Positions 1-10,768 of a stretch of 64,000 nt of DNA are shown in pieces (the first letter of the stretch is position 1; each line of letters starts with the position of its first letter). A program made the translations under genes and the position numbers. Source of the stretch: Candidatus Tenderia sp. (GTDB lineage Bacteria; Pseudomonadota; Gammaproteobacteria; Tenderiales; Tenderiaceae). The stretch is taken from NCBI GenBank assembly GCA_031416075.1, contig JANOSY010000017.1, positions 64,001 to 128,000 on the forward strand, read 5' to 3'. Under the pieces are notes generated by a model. That model had not been told where the DNA came from and made no database searches. It was given only the letters and a program-made list of their open reading frames with translations.

Positions 1-681
1 TGGCATTTCACTCCGCCCCTTTACCGACAGTTTTGTAGGTGCCGCCACCACCGTTAAACCACTCTTTTCAAAAATCATCACCGCACGTGGCATATGGTAG
101 GCATGTGTCACCAACAACACCGTATCAATCCCCCGCGCCTTTAGCTGCTGTTCTGTAAACAGCGCGTTCTCCGCCGTAGTATGGCTGCGATCTTCCAGCC
201 ACACCTGTTTCACACCAAAATCATCTCGCAGACTGGCCGCCATCACCTCAGCCAGGCTGTCGCCACCGCTATCCAGCACATGACCACCACTGACCAGCAG
301 TGGCAAACCAGTCAGCCGATGAAGATAGGCACCGTAACGAATCCGCTCCAGCGTTGCATCACCCACCGTATCGCGCCCATATTCCGGCCCCTGTTGATAA
401 CGGTTGGCCGATAACACCACAATGGCTTGAGCGTGTGCATGTTTAACCTGTTCCACCACCCGTTCAGGGGGCAGCGCCGAGTAGGTTTGCAACGGCTGCG
501 ACAGTATGCCCGCAACATAAGGGGTGCTCACCAGATAACCCGATATCAATCCTGACCACAACAGCAATCGCGCCAGTCTGGGACGGGTACGCAGCAATAT
601 CAGACCCAACAGCAAAAACAACAAAAAAAGTCCGGGAGGAAATATCAGTCCCTTCAACGTATACGTAATCAACAGCTCCAT
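1..681 (-). CDS. YdcF/DUF218 (ElyC/SanA-like) family protein, 3' end runs off the window
   Basis: Manual translation from ATG at 681: MELLITYTLKGLIFPPG..., hydrophobic N-terminus and the VLLVTHAYHMPRA motif; not in the ORF track because it is truncated. Confidence 0.85.
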   Translation of the reverse strand, partial: MELLITYTLKGLIFPPGLFLLFLLLGLILLRTRPRLARLLLWSGLISGYLVSTPYVAGILSQPLQTYSALPPERVVEQVKHAHAQAIVVLSANRYQQGPEYGRDTVGDATLERIRYGAYLHRLTGLPLLVSGGHVLDSGGDSLAEVMAASLRDDFGVKQVWLEDRSHTTAENALFTEQQLKARGIDTVLLVTHAYHMPRAVMIFEKSGLTVVAAPTKLSVKGRSEMP

Positions 682-806
682 GACACACCTAAAATATATT
701 ACACAAATAGTTAACAAATCCCCCCACACCATCACTTGCACAGACTCCAGAAAGAGACTCAAATGACCGATAGTCATAGTCTAAATGGTGTAGGAACATC
801 TTAAAC

Positions 807-3800
807 GTGCGGCAGCCATCAGAAAAAGGGATAACACTCTACCAATCAATAGTGGATCTATTGCCACACGGTGTCATCTGCCAGGACCAGAATGGCAACA
901 TTCTCACCATTAATGCCCAAGCCGAACATCTGCTGGGACTCACCAGAGAACAACTCAGCCACCACCCCCACACCATACACTGGGGCAATCTGCTCTGCGA
1001 CAACCAGCAACAGCCCTACAATACCCACAACCACCCGGCTCTGCTGGCATTAAAAAAGAATCGCCCCGTCCACCACGAGAGCTGTGTCATCAAGAGTCAA
1101 CGCTGGCTCAGCATTGACTCTATACCCATCAATACAGATGGCTCCCCTGCTGTGCTCAGCACGTTGACCGACATCACCGAACTCAAACAGCGTGAGGAGC
1201 AGGCCCAGAGCAGCCTGTTTAAACTCTCCGCCATTGAACGCATCAACCACATCAGCCTCGATGCTGAAACCGTCGAGGAGATGCTGGAGCAAGCATTAAA
1301 AGAGTTACTCGCCACCTTCAATTGCGACCGCGCCGCACTGCTCTATCCCTGCAACCCGGATGCCGACAGCTTCAGCGTTCCCTATGAACAGACCCGACCT
1401 GAATGGCCCGGTGCAAAAGCCCAGTCGCGCAGCGTCCCCATGGGCAGCCACACCTCCGAGCTGCTATTGATATCACTCAACAGCCCCCAGCCACTCTGTT
1501 TTGGCGGCCAGAACGAGCTGCCCGTCCCCAACGAAATCAAACACCATTTTCACGTCCTCAGCCAGATGGTCATGACACTGCATCCTAAGTTTGGCGACCC
1601 TTGGGCACTGATTATCCATCACTGCACGGAGGAACACCTCTTCAATGACGAAGAGCGATGGCTTTTTAATGAGATCGGGAGCCGCATCACCAATACACTC
1701 TCTAATCTGATAGACCTACGCAACCTGCGTGAAAATGAAGAGCGTTACCGCTCCCTCGTCGAAAACGCACCCGATGCGCTCTTTGTACTTGATGCGACCA
1801 ATCATCAACTGGTTGATGTCAATAAAAACAGCTGTACTATGTTTGGTATGCGCCGTAGCGAACTACTCGAAATAGAGACCTACCGCCTCAACCCTATCAA
1901 CCAGCCCAACGGCCTAAATTCAGCCAAACAGTTTCAACACTTCATTGACCAGACACTCGCAGGGCAACAACCCGTTTTTGAGTGGGTATTTATCAATACC
2001 GACAACAGACGGCTGGAGTGTGAAGTTCGGCTAATCCAGATCCCCAATAACAAAGAGCTATTGGTACGCGGCAGCATCATCGACATCAGCGAACGCAAAC
2101 GCAAAGAGGCGCACATGCGGCAACTTTCGCGGGCGCTGCAACAGACCGCTGACGCCATTACTATCACTGACAAGTATGGTGTCATTGAATATGTAAACCC
2201 ATCTTTTGAGGCCATCACCGGTTACTCCAGCGCCGAAGTGGTTGGTCAAACACCACAAATCCTCAGCTCCCAAAAACATCCTCCTGAGTTTTACCAGAAA
2301 CTCTGGCGCACCATCAGCGCCGGTGAAACCTTCAGCGACACCATTACCAACAAAAAGAAAGATGGCACCCTCTTTGACGAAGAGAAGACCATCACGCCGC
2401 TCAAAGACGACAACGGCAACATCACCCACTTCATCGCCACCGGTCGCGACATCACCGAACGCATTAATACCCAGGAGCGCCTGCTGCACCTGGCCCATCA
2501 TGACCTGCTGACAGACCTGCCCAACCGGGGCAGCTTCAACGAGCGGTTACAGATGGAGGTCAAACACGCCCACCGCAAGGAGCGACGCGTCGCCGTTCTG
2601 TTTATCGATCTGGACCGTTTTAAGATCATCAACGACACCCTCGGCCATGATGTCGGCGACCAGGTCTTGCAAACCGCCGCCGTGCGCCTGGTCAACGGCC
2701 TGCGCGCCAGCGACACTGTTGCCCGCCTGGGGGGAGACGAGTTTGCCATTCTGCTGCCCGAAATCGCCAGCACCGATGAAGTCACCATGATCACTGAAAA
2801 ATTGCTGCTTGAGCTTGCCAAGCCACTCTACATCAACGAACGGGAGCTGTTTATCTCCGCCAGCATCGGCATCAGCCTCTATCCTGATGACAGCGTCGAT
2901 CCACGCATCCTTGTCAAACACGCCGACATGGCGATGTATCGCGCTAAAAGCATGGGACGCAATACCTATCGCTTTTTCTCGGCAGAGCTCAGCAACCGGG
3001 CCGACGAACGCCTCACCCTGGAAAGCAATCTGCGCCGGGCGTTGGAACGTGAAGAGTTCTGCCTCCATTACCAACCGCAGATATCATTCAATACCGGCAG
3101 GATTACCGGGGTTGAAGCCCTGCTCCGCTGGCAACAACCCGGACAGGGCCTCACCCCCCCAGACCAATTTATCCCCATCCTGGAAGAGACCGGACTCATC
3201 ATCGAAGTAGGCGAATGGGTGGCGCGTAACGCCTGCCAACAGCTGCGCCACTGGCATGACGCTGGCTACCCAATCCGCATGGCCATCAACGTCTCCAGCC
3301 GCCAGTTCAATGACAAACGGCTCGAAGAGCGCGTCCAGAAGGCCATTCAACAGAGTGGCGTGCCCGCCACCGCCATTGAACTGGAGATCACCGAGAGCCT
3401 GTTAATGCAGAACCCCAGCAGAACTGAACAGACCCTTAAAAATTTTGCCCAGATGGGAATCAACCTCGCCATCGACGACTTTGGCGTGGGCTACTCCTCA
3501 CTCAGCTACCTGCGCCGCTTCCCACTCAATACACTCAAGATCGACCGCGCCTTTGTCAACGACATCACCGCCGACCCTGATGATGCCGCCATCATCACCA
3601 CCATTATCGCCATGGCCAAGGCATTAAAGCTGGCCACTGTCGCGGAGGGGGTAGAGACCCAGGCACAACTCGACTTCCTCAGGGCGCTACACTGCGACAC
3701 CGTGCAAGGGTACCTCTTCTCAAAACCGGTGCTGCCCGCCGAAATCGACACATTGCTGACGCAATACAACGGAATCACTGAACCACAAAAAGAGAAAGGG

Positions 3801-3875
3801 CGCGCCGGAGTCTCTCCAGCGCGCCCTGCAACGAACAATCTACCCGGTATTATTGGGTTATCGGATCAAGCGTAA
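807..3875 (+). CDS. PAS-GAF-PAS-PAS-GGDEF-EAL diguanylate cyclase/phosphodiesterase
   Basis: HDLLTDLPNR, RASD I-site before GGDEF, EALLRW, DDFGVGYSS, several PAS/PAC motifs. Confidence 0.95.
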   Translation: MRQPSEKGITLYQSIVDLLPHGVICQDQNGNILTINAQAEHLLGLTREQLSHHPHTIHWGNLLCDNQQQPYNTHNHPALLALKKNRPVHHESCVIKSQRWLSIDSIPINTDGSPAVLSTLTDITELKQREEQAQSSLFKLSAIERINHISLDAETVEEMLEQALKELLATFNCDRAALLYPCNPDADSFSVPYEQTRPEWPGAKAQSRSVPMGSHTSELLLISLNSPQPLCFGGQNELPVPNEIKHHFHVLSQMVMTLHPKFGDPWALIIHHCTEEHLFNDEERWLFNEIGSRITNTLSNLIDLRNLRENEERYRSLVENAPDALFVLDATNHQLVDVNKNSCTMFGMRRSELLEIETYRLNPINQPNGLNSAKQFQHFIDQTLAGQQPVFEWVFINTDNRRLECEVRLIQIPNNKELLVRGSIIDISERKRKEAHMRQLSRALQQTADAITITDKYGVIEYVNPSFEAITGYSSAEVVGQTPQILSSQKHPPEFYQKLWRTISAGETFSDTITNKKKDGTLFDEEKTITPLKDDNGNITHFIATGRDITERINTQERLLHLAHHDLLTDLPNRGSFNERLQMEVKHAHRKERRVAVLFIDLDRFKIINDTLGHDVGDQVLQTAAVRLVNGLRASDTVARLGGDEFAILLPEIASTDEVTMITEKLLLELAKPLYINERELFISASIGISLYPDDSVDPRILVKHADMAMYRAKSMGRNTYRFFSAELSNRADERLTLESNLRRALEREEFCLHYQPQISFNTGRITGVEALLRWQQPGQGLTPPDQFIPILEETGLIIEVGEWVARNACQQLRHWHDAGYPIRMAINVSSRQFNDKRLEERVQKAIQQSGVPATAIELEITESLLMQNPSRTEQTLKNFAQMGINLAIDDFGVGYSSLSYLRRFPLNTLKIDRAFVNDITADPDDAAIITTIIAMAKALKLATVAEGVETQAQLDFLRALHCDTVQGYLFSKPVLPAEIDTLLTQYNGITEPQKEKGRAGVSPARPATNNLPGIIGLSDQA
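3787..3827 (-). terminator. Intrinsic terminator of the OmpA-family gene
   Basis: Minus strand AGGGCGCGCTGGAG-loop-CTCCGGCGCGCCCT followed by TTCTCTTTTT. Confidence 0.7.
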
Positions 3876-4524
3876 TCTCAACACGACGGTTACGCGCCTT
3901 GCCTTCAGCGGTATCATTGCTCGCCACTGGCTGCGACTCACCATGCCCCACCGCTGCCAGACGCTCAGTCGCCACACCATTATTATTCAGGTAGGTTGCC
4001 ACCGTTTGGGCACGCTGCTGTGACAGTCTCATATTGTAATCATCCGCACCGCTGCTATCGGTATGGCCTGCCACCGTTACCAGCGTTGACTTATATTCTT
4101 TAAGTACCAGATTCACAGAATCCAGCACACTAAAGAAGTTAGGCTTCAGCGCTGGGCTGTTAACATCAAACGTAATTGCACTCGGCATGTTCAGGATAAT
4201 ATTGTCACCGTTACGGGTCACACTCACCCCGGTGCTCTCCAACTTTTCGCGCAGCTTGGCCTCCTGGGTATCCATGTAATACCCCACACCACCACCGGCA
4301 ATAGCACCCACACCAGCACCTTTCAGGGCGCGCTTCTTGCGTGACTCTTTATCACCCGTTGCCGCCCCCAGAATCGCCCCCACTGCACCACCGATCACCG
4401 CACCAGAGGTCGCCTTAGCGGTCTGCTTTTCACCCGTATAAGGATTAATTGTCGAACAACCAGAAACACCCAGCGCCACAACAGCCACGCCCACCACCAA
4501 CCAACGACCTTTTTGCATATTCAT
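3850..4524 (-). CDS. yiaD: OmpA family lipoprotein (YiaD-like, glycine zipper + OmpA C-terminal domain)
   Basis: Lipobox VSGC, INPYTGE, glycine zipper, GHTDS...NMRLSQQRA, NRRVEI. Confidence 0.85.
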   Translation of the reverse strand: MNMQKGRWLVVGVAVVALGVSGCSTINPYTGEKQTAKATSGAVIGGAVGAILGAATGDKESRKKRALKGAGVGAIAGGGVGYYMDTQEAKLREKLESTGVSVTRNGDNIILNMPSAITFDVNSPALKPNFFSVLDSVNLVLKEYKSTLVTVAGHTDSSGADDYNMRLSQQRAQTVATYLNNNGVATERLAAVGHGESQPVASNDTAEGKARNRRVEITLDPITQ

Positions 4525-4688
4525 AAATAACCTGCTCCATACCTGTTGAAAATTTGGCCTATCTTACCCAATCAGCGCCCCCGCCACCAGAAAAGTACGA
4601 TCTTTTACAAAATCCCCCCCCAGATCAGCCATCAACACAATCCCAGTTACCGCTATAATGCCCCCCCATCCCAACCACGCCGTTGACC

Positions 4689-5846
4689 ATGCACAACTTC
4701 ACCGCCCTGCCACCCCTGAGCCTCTACATCCACATCCCATGGTGTGTGCGTAAATGCCCCTACTGCGACTTCAACTCCCACGAGCAGAAACAGGCACTGC
4801 CGGAAAAGCAGTACGTCGCCGCCCTGTTGGCCGACCTGGAGCAGGAGCTACCCAACATCTGGGGCCGTCCGGTACAGACCATCTTCATCGGCGGCGGCAC
4901 CCCCAGCCTCTTCTCCGCCGAAGCGCTGGATGAACTACTGTGCGGCATCCGCGCCCGGCTGCAGCTGCCACCCGGTGCCGAAATCACCCTGGAGGCCAAC
5001 CCTGGCACCGTCGAAGCAGGCAAGTTTCACGAGTTCCGGGCGCTGGGCATCAACCGCCTCTCCATCGGTGTACAGAGCTTCAATGATGATCTGCTAGAAA
5101 AAATTGGCCGCATCCACGGTCGCCGCGAAGCGATTCGCGCCGCCGAAGAGGCCCACGACGCCGATTTTGACAACTTCAACCTCGACCTGATGTTTGGCCT
5201 GCCACAACAGACCCTGGCCCAAGCCCTGGAGGATGTGCGCACCGCCTTTGCCTTGGAACCGACCCACCTCTCCCACTACCAGCTCACCCTCGAACCCAAC
5301 ACAATGTTCCACCACAACCCGCCGGCACTGCCCGACGACGAACTGCGCTGGGATATGCAGGAGCGCTGTCAGGATATAATTGCCGAACACGGATATGGCC
5401 ACTATGAGGTCTCCGCCTACGCCAAACAGGGCAAGCAGTGCCAGCACAACCTCAACTACTGGCGCTTTGGTGACTACCTTGGCATTGGTGCCGGTGCCCA
5501 CGGCAAAATCAGCGACGCCCAGTATCAAACCATCACCCGCCACAACAAACAGCGCAACCCCAACGACTACCTGCGCACCGCCCACAGCGCCGAGCGCGAC
5601 CAGGGACGCCACCGACTGACACGGGTCGACGTCGGCTTTGAGTTCATGCTCAACGCCCTGCGTCTAACCGAAGGGTTTGAATCACACCTCTTTCAAGACC
5701 ATACTGGCCTACCCATCAACATTGTCGAAAAACCGCTGCAACGCGCCGAAGAGCTGGAGCTGATTGAATGGAGCGCTACCCACATCCGCCCCACCGAACG
5801 CGGTCGCAACTATCTCAACGACCTGCTGCAACTGTTTCTACCGTAA
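4689..5846 (+). CDS. hemW: Radical SAM heme chaperone HemW
   Basis: LYIHIPWCVRKCPYCDFN, GGGTPS, YEVSAYA, HNLNYW. Confidence 0.9.
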   Translation: MHNFTALPPLSLYIHIPWCVRKCPYCDFNSHEQKQALPEKQYVAALLADLEQELPNIWGRPVQTIFIGGGTPSLFSAEALDELLCGIRARLQLPPGAEITLEANPGTVEAGKFHEFRALGINRLSIGVQSFNDDLLEKIGRIHGRREAIRAAEEAHDADFDNFNLDLMFGLPQQTLAQALEDVRTAFALEPTHLSHYQLTLEPNTMFHHNPPALPDDELRWDMQERCQDIIAEHGYGHYEVSAYAKQGKQCQHNLNYWRFGDYLGIGAGAHGKISDAQYQTITRHNKQRNPNDYLRTAHSAERDQGRHRLTRVDVGFEFMLNALRLTEGFESHLFQDHTGLPINIVEKPLQRAEELELIEWSATHIRPTERGRNYLNDLLQLFLP

Positions 5847-5889
5847 CGCTGGCTGCCGTTTTGCGGATAAACCCTGATAAACTCCTTAA

Positions 5890-6840
<951 letters not shown>

Positions 6841-6868
6841 TACGGCAGATGTAATCTACCGGGGGGCG

Positions 6869-7540
6869 TTAGCTCCTTCGGTAACGCTGATGCAACTCCA
6901 TCACCTTCTTCACATAGTTACGGGTTTCGGTATAAGGGGGGATGCCACCGTGGCGGATCACCGCATTTTCGCCGGCGTTATAGGCCGCCAGCGCCAAAGG
7001 CAATTCGTGGTTAAACATCACCAGCAGATCGCGCATGTAGCGTGAACCGCCCCAGATATTCTGTTCTGGATCAAAAATATCACGCACACCATAACGGGCT
7101 GCCGTCTCCGGCATCAACTGCATCAGACCACGCGCCCCCTTTGGCGAGGTGGCATGCACCCGGAAGGCCGACTCAGTCTGAATAATGGCACGTACCAGCG
7201 CCTTGTCGAGGTTAAAGGCCAGCGCTGCCTCCGCCATAATCTCCTTCAACTCCTCACTGGTAGGGGGCTCATCCAGCAGAGTGGTATTGATCGTGCCACG
7301 GGCAGTCTTGATATAGGGAGAACCGGGATTCTGGGGCGATACCTTGGCAGCTGTGCTAGCACGGCCACCAACACTGCTATCACGAAAGACCTTGTCGATC
7401 TTATAACGGCTGTGGGGTTTGATATTGGTGGCCGTTGTCACACCATTTTCATCACGATAGACGTAGATATCCGCCAGCACCGATGGTGCAGCCACCACCA
7501 TCGCTACCAGTACCCCCGCCATTTTAATCATTAGTTTCAT
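6869..7540 (-). CDS. Secreted lytic transglycosylase (SLT domain, N-terminal DUF4124-like)
   Basis: Signal peptide, IYVYRDENG, QTES, GARGLMQLMP, ALAAYNAG, ETRNYV. Confidence 0.9.
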   Translation of the reverse strand: MKLMIKMAGVLVAMVVAAPSVLADIYVYRDENGVTTATNIKPHSRYKIDKVFRDSSVGGRASTAAKVSPQNPGSPYIKTARGTINTTLLDEPPTSEELKEIMAEAALAFNLDKALVRAIIQTESAFRVHATSPKGARGLMQLMPETAARYGVRDIFDPEQNIWGGSRYMRDLLVMFNHELPLALAAYNAGENAVIRHGGIPPYTETRNYVKKVMELHQRYRRS

Positions 7541-7706
7541 CTATATATAACCAATCCGTTCCCAAGTATGCCTCTGCCTTCATCCGCGGCAGAGCGCCAT
7601 TCTAGCCCGGATTATTGTAGACGCACAGGGGCAACCCCGTGCTTACGACTGTATCGGCACCGCCAAAGGGTTGCGCGAGCCTGTTCACAAAGCCATAAAC
7701 CACCCA

Positions 7707-8537
7707 CTACCCCGGCTGGCAGACACCCTGGCAGGCCACATTAAACCAGCGCAACACCGGCTCATCGATCCGCACCGCCGTCAGCTGTCCACCCCAAAGG
7801 CAACCACTATCCAGCGATATGGCCCCCTCCATCACCCCCACCCCCAGCGTTGACCAATGGCCAAAGATGATCGGCAGCGCCGCTGTCTTGCGCCCCGGCA
7901 CGGCAAACCACGGCAGATAGCCGGGCTGCTGTGAGCCAACCTCCCCTTTATCCTTGAGATTCATCACCCCCTCGGCGGTGCAGTAACGCATCCGGGTTAA
8001 GGCGTTGGTGATAAAGCGCAGCCGGTTGATGCCGGAGAGTTCGGGCGACCAGCAGTTAGGTTCATTGCCATACATGTGCAGCAGGAACTCATGGTAGCCA
8101 GGGCCACGCAGCACCGCCTCCAGCTCGCGGGCGCACCCCTGTGCCGTGGCCAGATCCCACTGCGGCGGCAACCCAGCGTGCACCATGGTGTAACCCAGCG
8201 TGGCATCGTGGTGCAACAGCGGTTGATGGCGCAACCAGGCGATCAGCTCCTCGCCATCCGGGGCGTCGAGGATCGGTTGCAGCGTATCCTTAGCCAGTTT
8301 TTTGCCACAGCCAGCGGCCACCGCCAGCAGATGCAGGTCATGATTGCCCAACACCGTCACGGCGCAGTTATTCATGTTACTGATCAACCGCAACACCTCC
8401 AGCGACTGGGGGCCACGGTTGACCAGATCACCACAGAACCAGAGTCTGTCACTGCCTTCGCTGAAGCCGATGTGGTCCAGCAACCGCATCAGCTCGTCAT
8501 AACACCCCTGTAGATCACCGATGGCATAGACCGCCAT
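7707..8537 (-). CDS. apaH: Symmetrical bis(5'-nucleosyl)-tetraphosphatase
   Basis: YAIGDLQGC, GDLVNRGP, LGNHDLHLL, GHWS, LDSGC; GGGAG RBS before ATG GCG GTC. Confidence 0.95.
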   Translation of the reverse strand: MAVYAIGDLQGCYDELMRLLDHIGFSEGSDRLWFCGDLVNRGPQSLEVLRLISNMNNCAVTVLGNHDLHLLAVAAGCGKKLAKDTLQPILDAPDGEELIAWLRHQPLLHHDATLGYTMVHAGLPPQWDLATAQGCARELEAVLRGPGYHEFLLHMYGNEPNCWSPELSGINRLRFITNALTRMRYCTAEGVMNLKDKGEVGSQQPGYLPWFAVPGRKTAALPIIFGHWSTLGVGVMEGAISLDSGCLWGGQLTAVRIDEPVLRWFNVACQGVCQPG

Positions 8538-8568
8538 AACATTGTTGCTCCCACTATATATAAGAATG

Positions 8569-8639
8569 CCGCGCCATGGCATCGGTCGCCTTCACCAGCG
8601 CCGCCGTGGTATTTGGCTCGCTGGCGCAGTGGCCAGCAT
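8569..8639. repeat. 71-bp imperfect direct repeat, copy 1 (displaced pip 3' end)
   Basis: 68/71 identical to 10778-10848 by manual alignment. Confidence 0.95.
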
Positions 8640-8935
8640 ACCCAGCGCCACCTGCCCAGCCAACCATAACATCCCAAAAACAGAACCGCCCCTTCCGGGA
8701 TGGCTTGGTTGCAATAATTGAAGACTCGGCGGGGTGATCCCTTAATGAATCCTGAGGATGGTGTTGTTGTCGTTATCCACTGTGAATGACTTGGTTATTC
8801 GTCGATGCCCAAACATCTACCTTTCTGCACGGCACAACTCGCTCATCACTTAAAATCCCACAAGCGGAACGAATCTATGGAGGCCGCCTCCTACTCGCCA
8901 AGTTTTTACGATCACCTCAGTGGGAAGATTAGCCA

Positions 8936-9448
8936 TCACTTGGTTGCAATCTCTTTGAGACCGGTTTCATCAAGCGTGAATTGGATGGTCGTCTCACGCG
9001 ACGGGCAGCAAAGAGGGTCTGCGTCTGCATACTCATGATTAGCAAGGGTGATGACACCGTTTTTAACCCCGCGAAGCTCAACAAACCTGCGCCCCTTTTC
9101 TCCCGCTTCGACAAATGCAACAACACGGTACGATTGCGGCATTCGTTTACCAACTTTGCCTTCGTTTTTGGCAAAAACGGTGAGTATTTGAGTGTTTGTA
9201 TTACCGCCCCCCCAACCTCCCATGTAGAACAGCACGACCGCACCGGCTTTTGCTTTTTTCCACGGTGAGGAGGTAAATTCCGCGATCGTGATATTTTCGG
9301 GATAGAAGACTGCATGTCCGTCGGTCAGACTCATCGATAGCTGCGTGACTGCAATCTTGAGTTCTTTTGGCAATCCCTCCGCTGCACCCCCAACTTGGAA
9401 CGCCGAGGTAATAAGCATGAAAGCCGCCACGGCAAAGCGTTTGTTCAT
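8936..9448 (-). CDS. Secreted/periplasmic hypothetical protein, putative immunity protein
   Basis: Signal-peptide-like MNKRFAVAAFML; C-terminal DADPLCCPS motif; lies downstream of a putative PG hydrolase; start uncertain (9448 or 9484). Confidence 0.6.
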   Translation of the reverse strand: MNKRFAVAAFMLITSAFQVGGAAEGLPKELKIAVTQLSMSLTDGHAVFYPENITIAEFTSSPWKKAKAGAVVLFYMGGWGGGNTNTQILTVFAKNEGKVGKRMPQSYRVVAFVEAGEKGRRFVELRGVKNGVITLANHEYADADPLCCPSRETTIQFTLDETGLKEIATK

Positions 9449-9572
9449 GACGGCAACACCACGGGCAAAAACCGAAATAGCCACTATCTTTCCTCCAGCT
9501 TCTCGTTGCCATCTAGCTTATTTTGATCCACGCCGCCTATCCTCAACATTACATTAATGGATATAGCTTTCA

Positions 9573-10061
9573 TCACTTACCCCCCATTACCTTATTCCAT
9601 TTTTCTACATACTTCTGCCACGTCCCTAAACCGCCCGCCGTATTGTAAAAGTCTTTCCAATAGCGGGCCATCGCCACAACCTCGCCCGCCGTAGGCAAAG
9701 GCCACTTAACACGGGCATAGTGTGCCCGCGCCATCGCACAGGCATATTTATCATTTTTTTCCAGCTCAACAAGCTTGTCCGCATCAGGGGATGTCATAAG
9801 TGAGCTGATTGCCCGCGCCAGATCAGGCTTATATTTCAAAAAATTATTCCATATATCATCATGCGTTGCGGGTTCCATTTGAAAAAAACTCCGTGCTGGC
9901 CCACGAGGAAACTGCCTTCTGTGCACCAAGTCGCTTTCCACGATAGCCGTGCCCAGTAGCAACTCCCCGGCTGCGGGAGTCCATAGTTCGATACTCCGCA
10001 ATGCCGGGCGAATGGTATTTTCAAGAAATATAATAGCGTCATGCTTTGTTGTCATAATCAT
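9573..10061 (-). CDS. Putative lysozyme-fold peptidoglycan hydrolase, candidate T6SS effector
   Basis: LLLGTAIVES (candidate catalytic Glu) and GPARSFFQMEPAT resemble transglycosylase/lysozyme motifs; no signal peptide; downstream of hcp. Confidence 0.55.
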   Translation of the reverse strand: MIMTTKHDAIIFLENTIRPALRSIELWTPAAGELLLGTAIVESDLVHRRQFPRGPARSFFQMEPATHDDIWNNFLKYKPDLARAISSLMTSPDADKLVELEKNDKYACAMARAHYARVKWPLPTAGEVVAMARYWKDFYNTAGGLGTWQKYVEKWNKVMGGK

Positions 10062-10093
10062 TCCTTGCAGAAGGTTGGCAGAGTGTGTAGCTC

Positions 10094-10128
10094 AAAATAC
10101 GCCGCTGCACACCAACAGGAGCGGCATA
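10094..10128 (-). terminator. Hairpin with short U-tract immediately after hcp
   Basis: Minus strand TATGCCGCT...AGCGGCGTA-TTTT. Confidence 0.5.
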
Positions 10129-10132
10129 CGAT

Positions 10133-10615
10133 TTATAGTGGTTTGGCAACCGCTAGGTCATACCCTACCCGTTGTGGATTGGAGGCTTTATTCTTCGCAT
10201 CAAAGTCACTGTAACTGATCATAACTTTTGAAAAACTGAGTGCAATATTCTCCACTGGCTCCCCTTCAGCACCGGCAGAGAGAATAAAACCACTGACCAG
10301 ACAATTCTCAAGCGTATAACTCATATATTCCTGCACCTTGCCTGCGCCGGTACGCACAAACTTGATCACGACGGTCTTGCCCGCTGCACCACTAACCGAC
10401 TCCTTGAACAACGAAGTAGTCGAGATATCTGTACGCTTGGTAACTTTCACTGCAGTAATGGTTGGGCGCGTCGCTTCACGGTTGGCCAGATTGCCCGCTT
10501 CCATGCTAACGTTACGCTTAATCTCAAAGCCCGCCATACTAAGTGCAATATGCCCTGCATAGCCGTCTGCCGTAACGTTCCCGTGAATTCCGTCGTACTT
10601 CATATATATAGACAT
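10133..10615 (-). CDS. hcp: Type VI secretion tube protein Hcp (orphan)
   Basis: 160 aa; MSIYMKYDGIHG, VTKRTD, YTLENCLVS, ENIALSFSKV, GYDLA. Confidence 0.9.
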   Translation of the reverse strand: MSIYMKYDGIHGNVTADGYAGHIALSMAGFEIKRNVSMEAGNLANREATRPTITAVKVTKRTDISTTSLFKESVSGAAGKTVVIKFVRTGAGKVQEYMSYTLENCLVSGFILSAGAEGEPVENIALSFSKVMISYSDFDAKNKASNPQRVGYDLAVAKPL

Positions 10616-10768
10616 GTTTCACCCTTTCACTTTAGCTTTATGCAAAATAAAACATCCAATTAAGATAAAATTTCAAAACAGAAGCAGCCACTGCTCGCGC
10701 CAATTAGTGTATGTCGGTCTGATTGTTACCCAAATCACAACAACGAGACAATATACATATTCAAAATA

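Noticed and set aside
4689-5846. Calling this gene hemN
   Set aside because: Length and the CPYCDFN and HNLNYW motifs fit HemW.
8680-8930. Possible IS end or gene remnant inside the pip islet
   Set aside because: No recognisable transposase or integrase residues and no paired inverted repeats.
10640-10662. Sigma54 promoter upstream of hcp
   Set aside because: GG and GC are 12 nt apart rather than the required 10.
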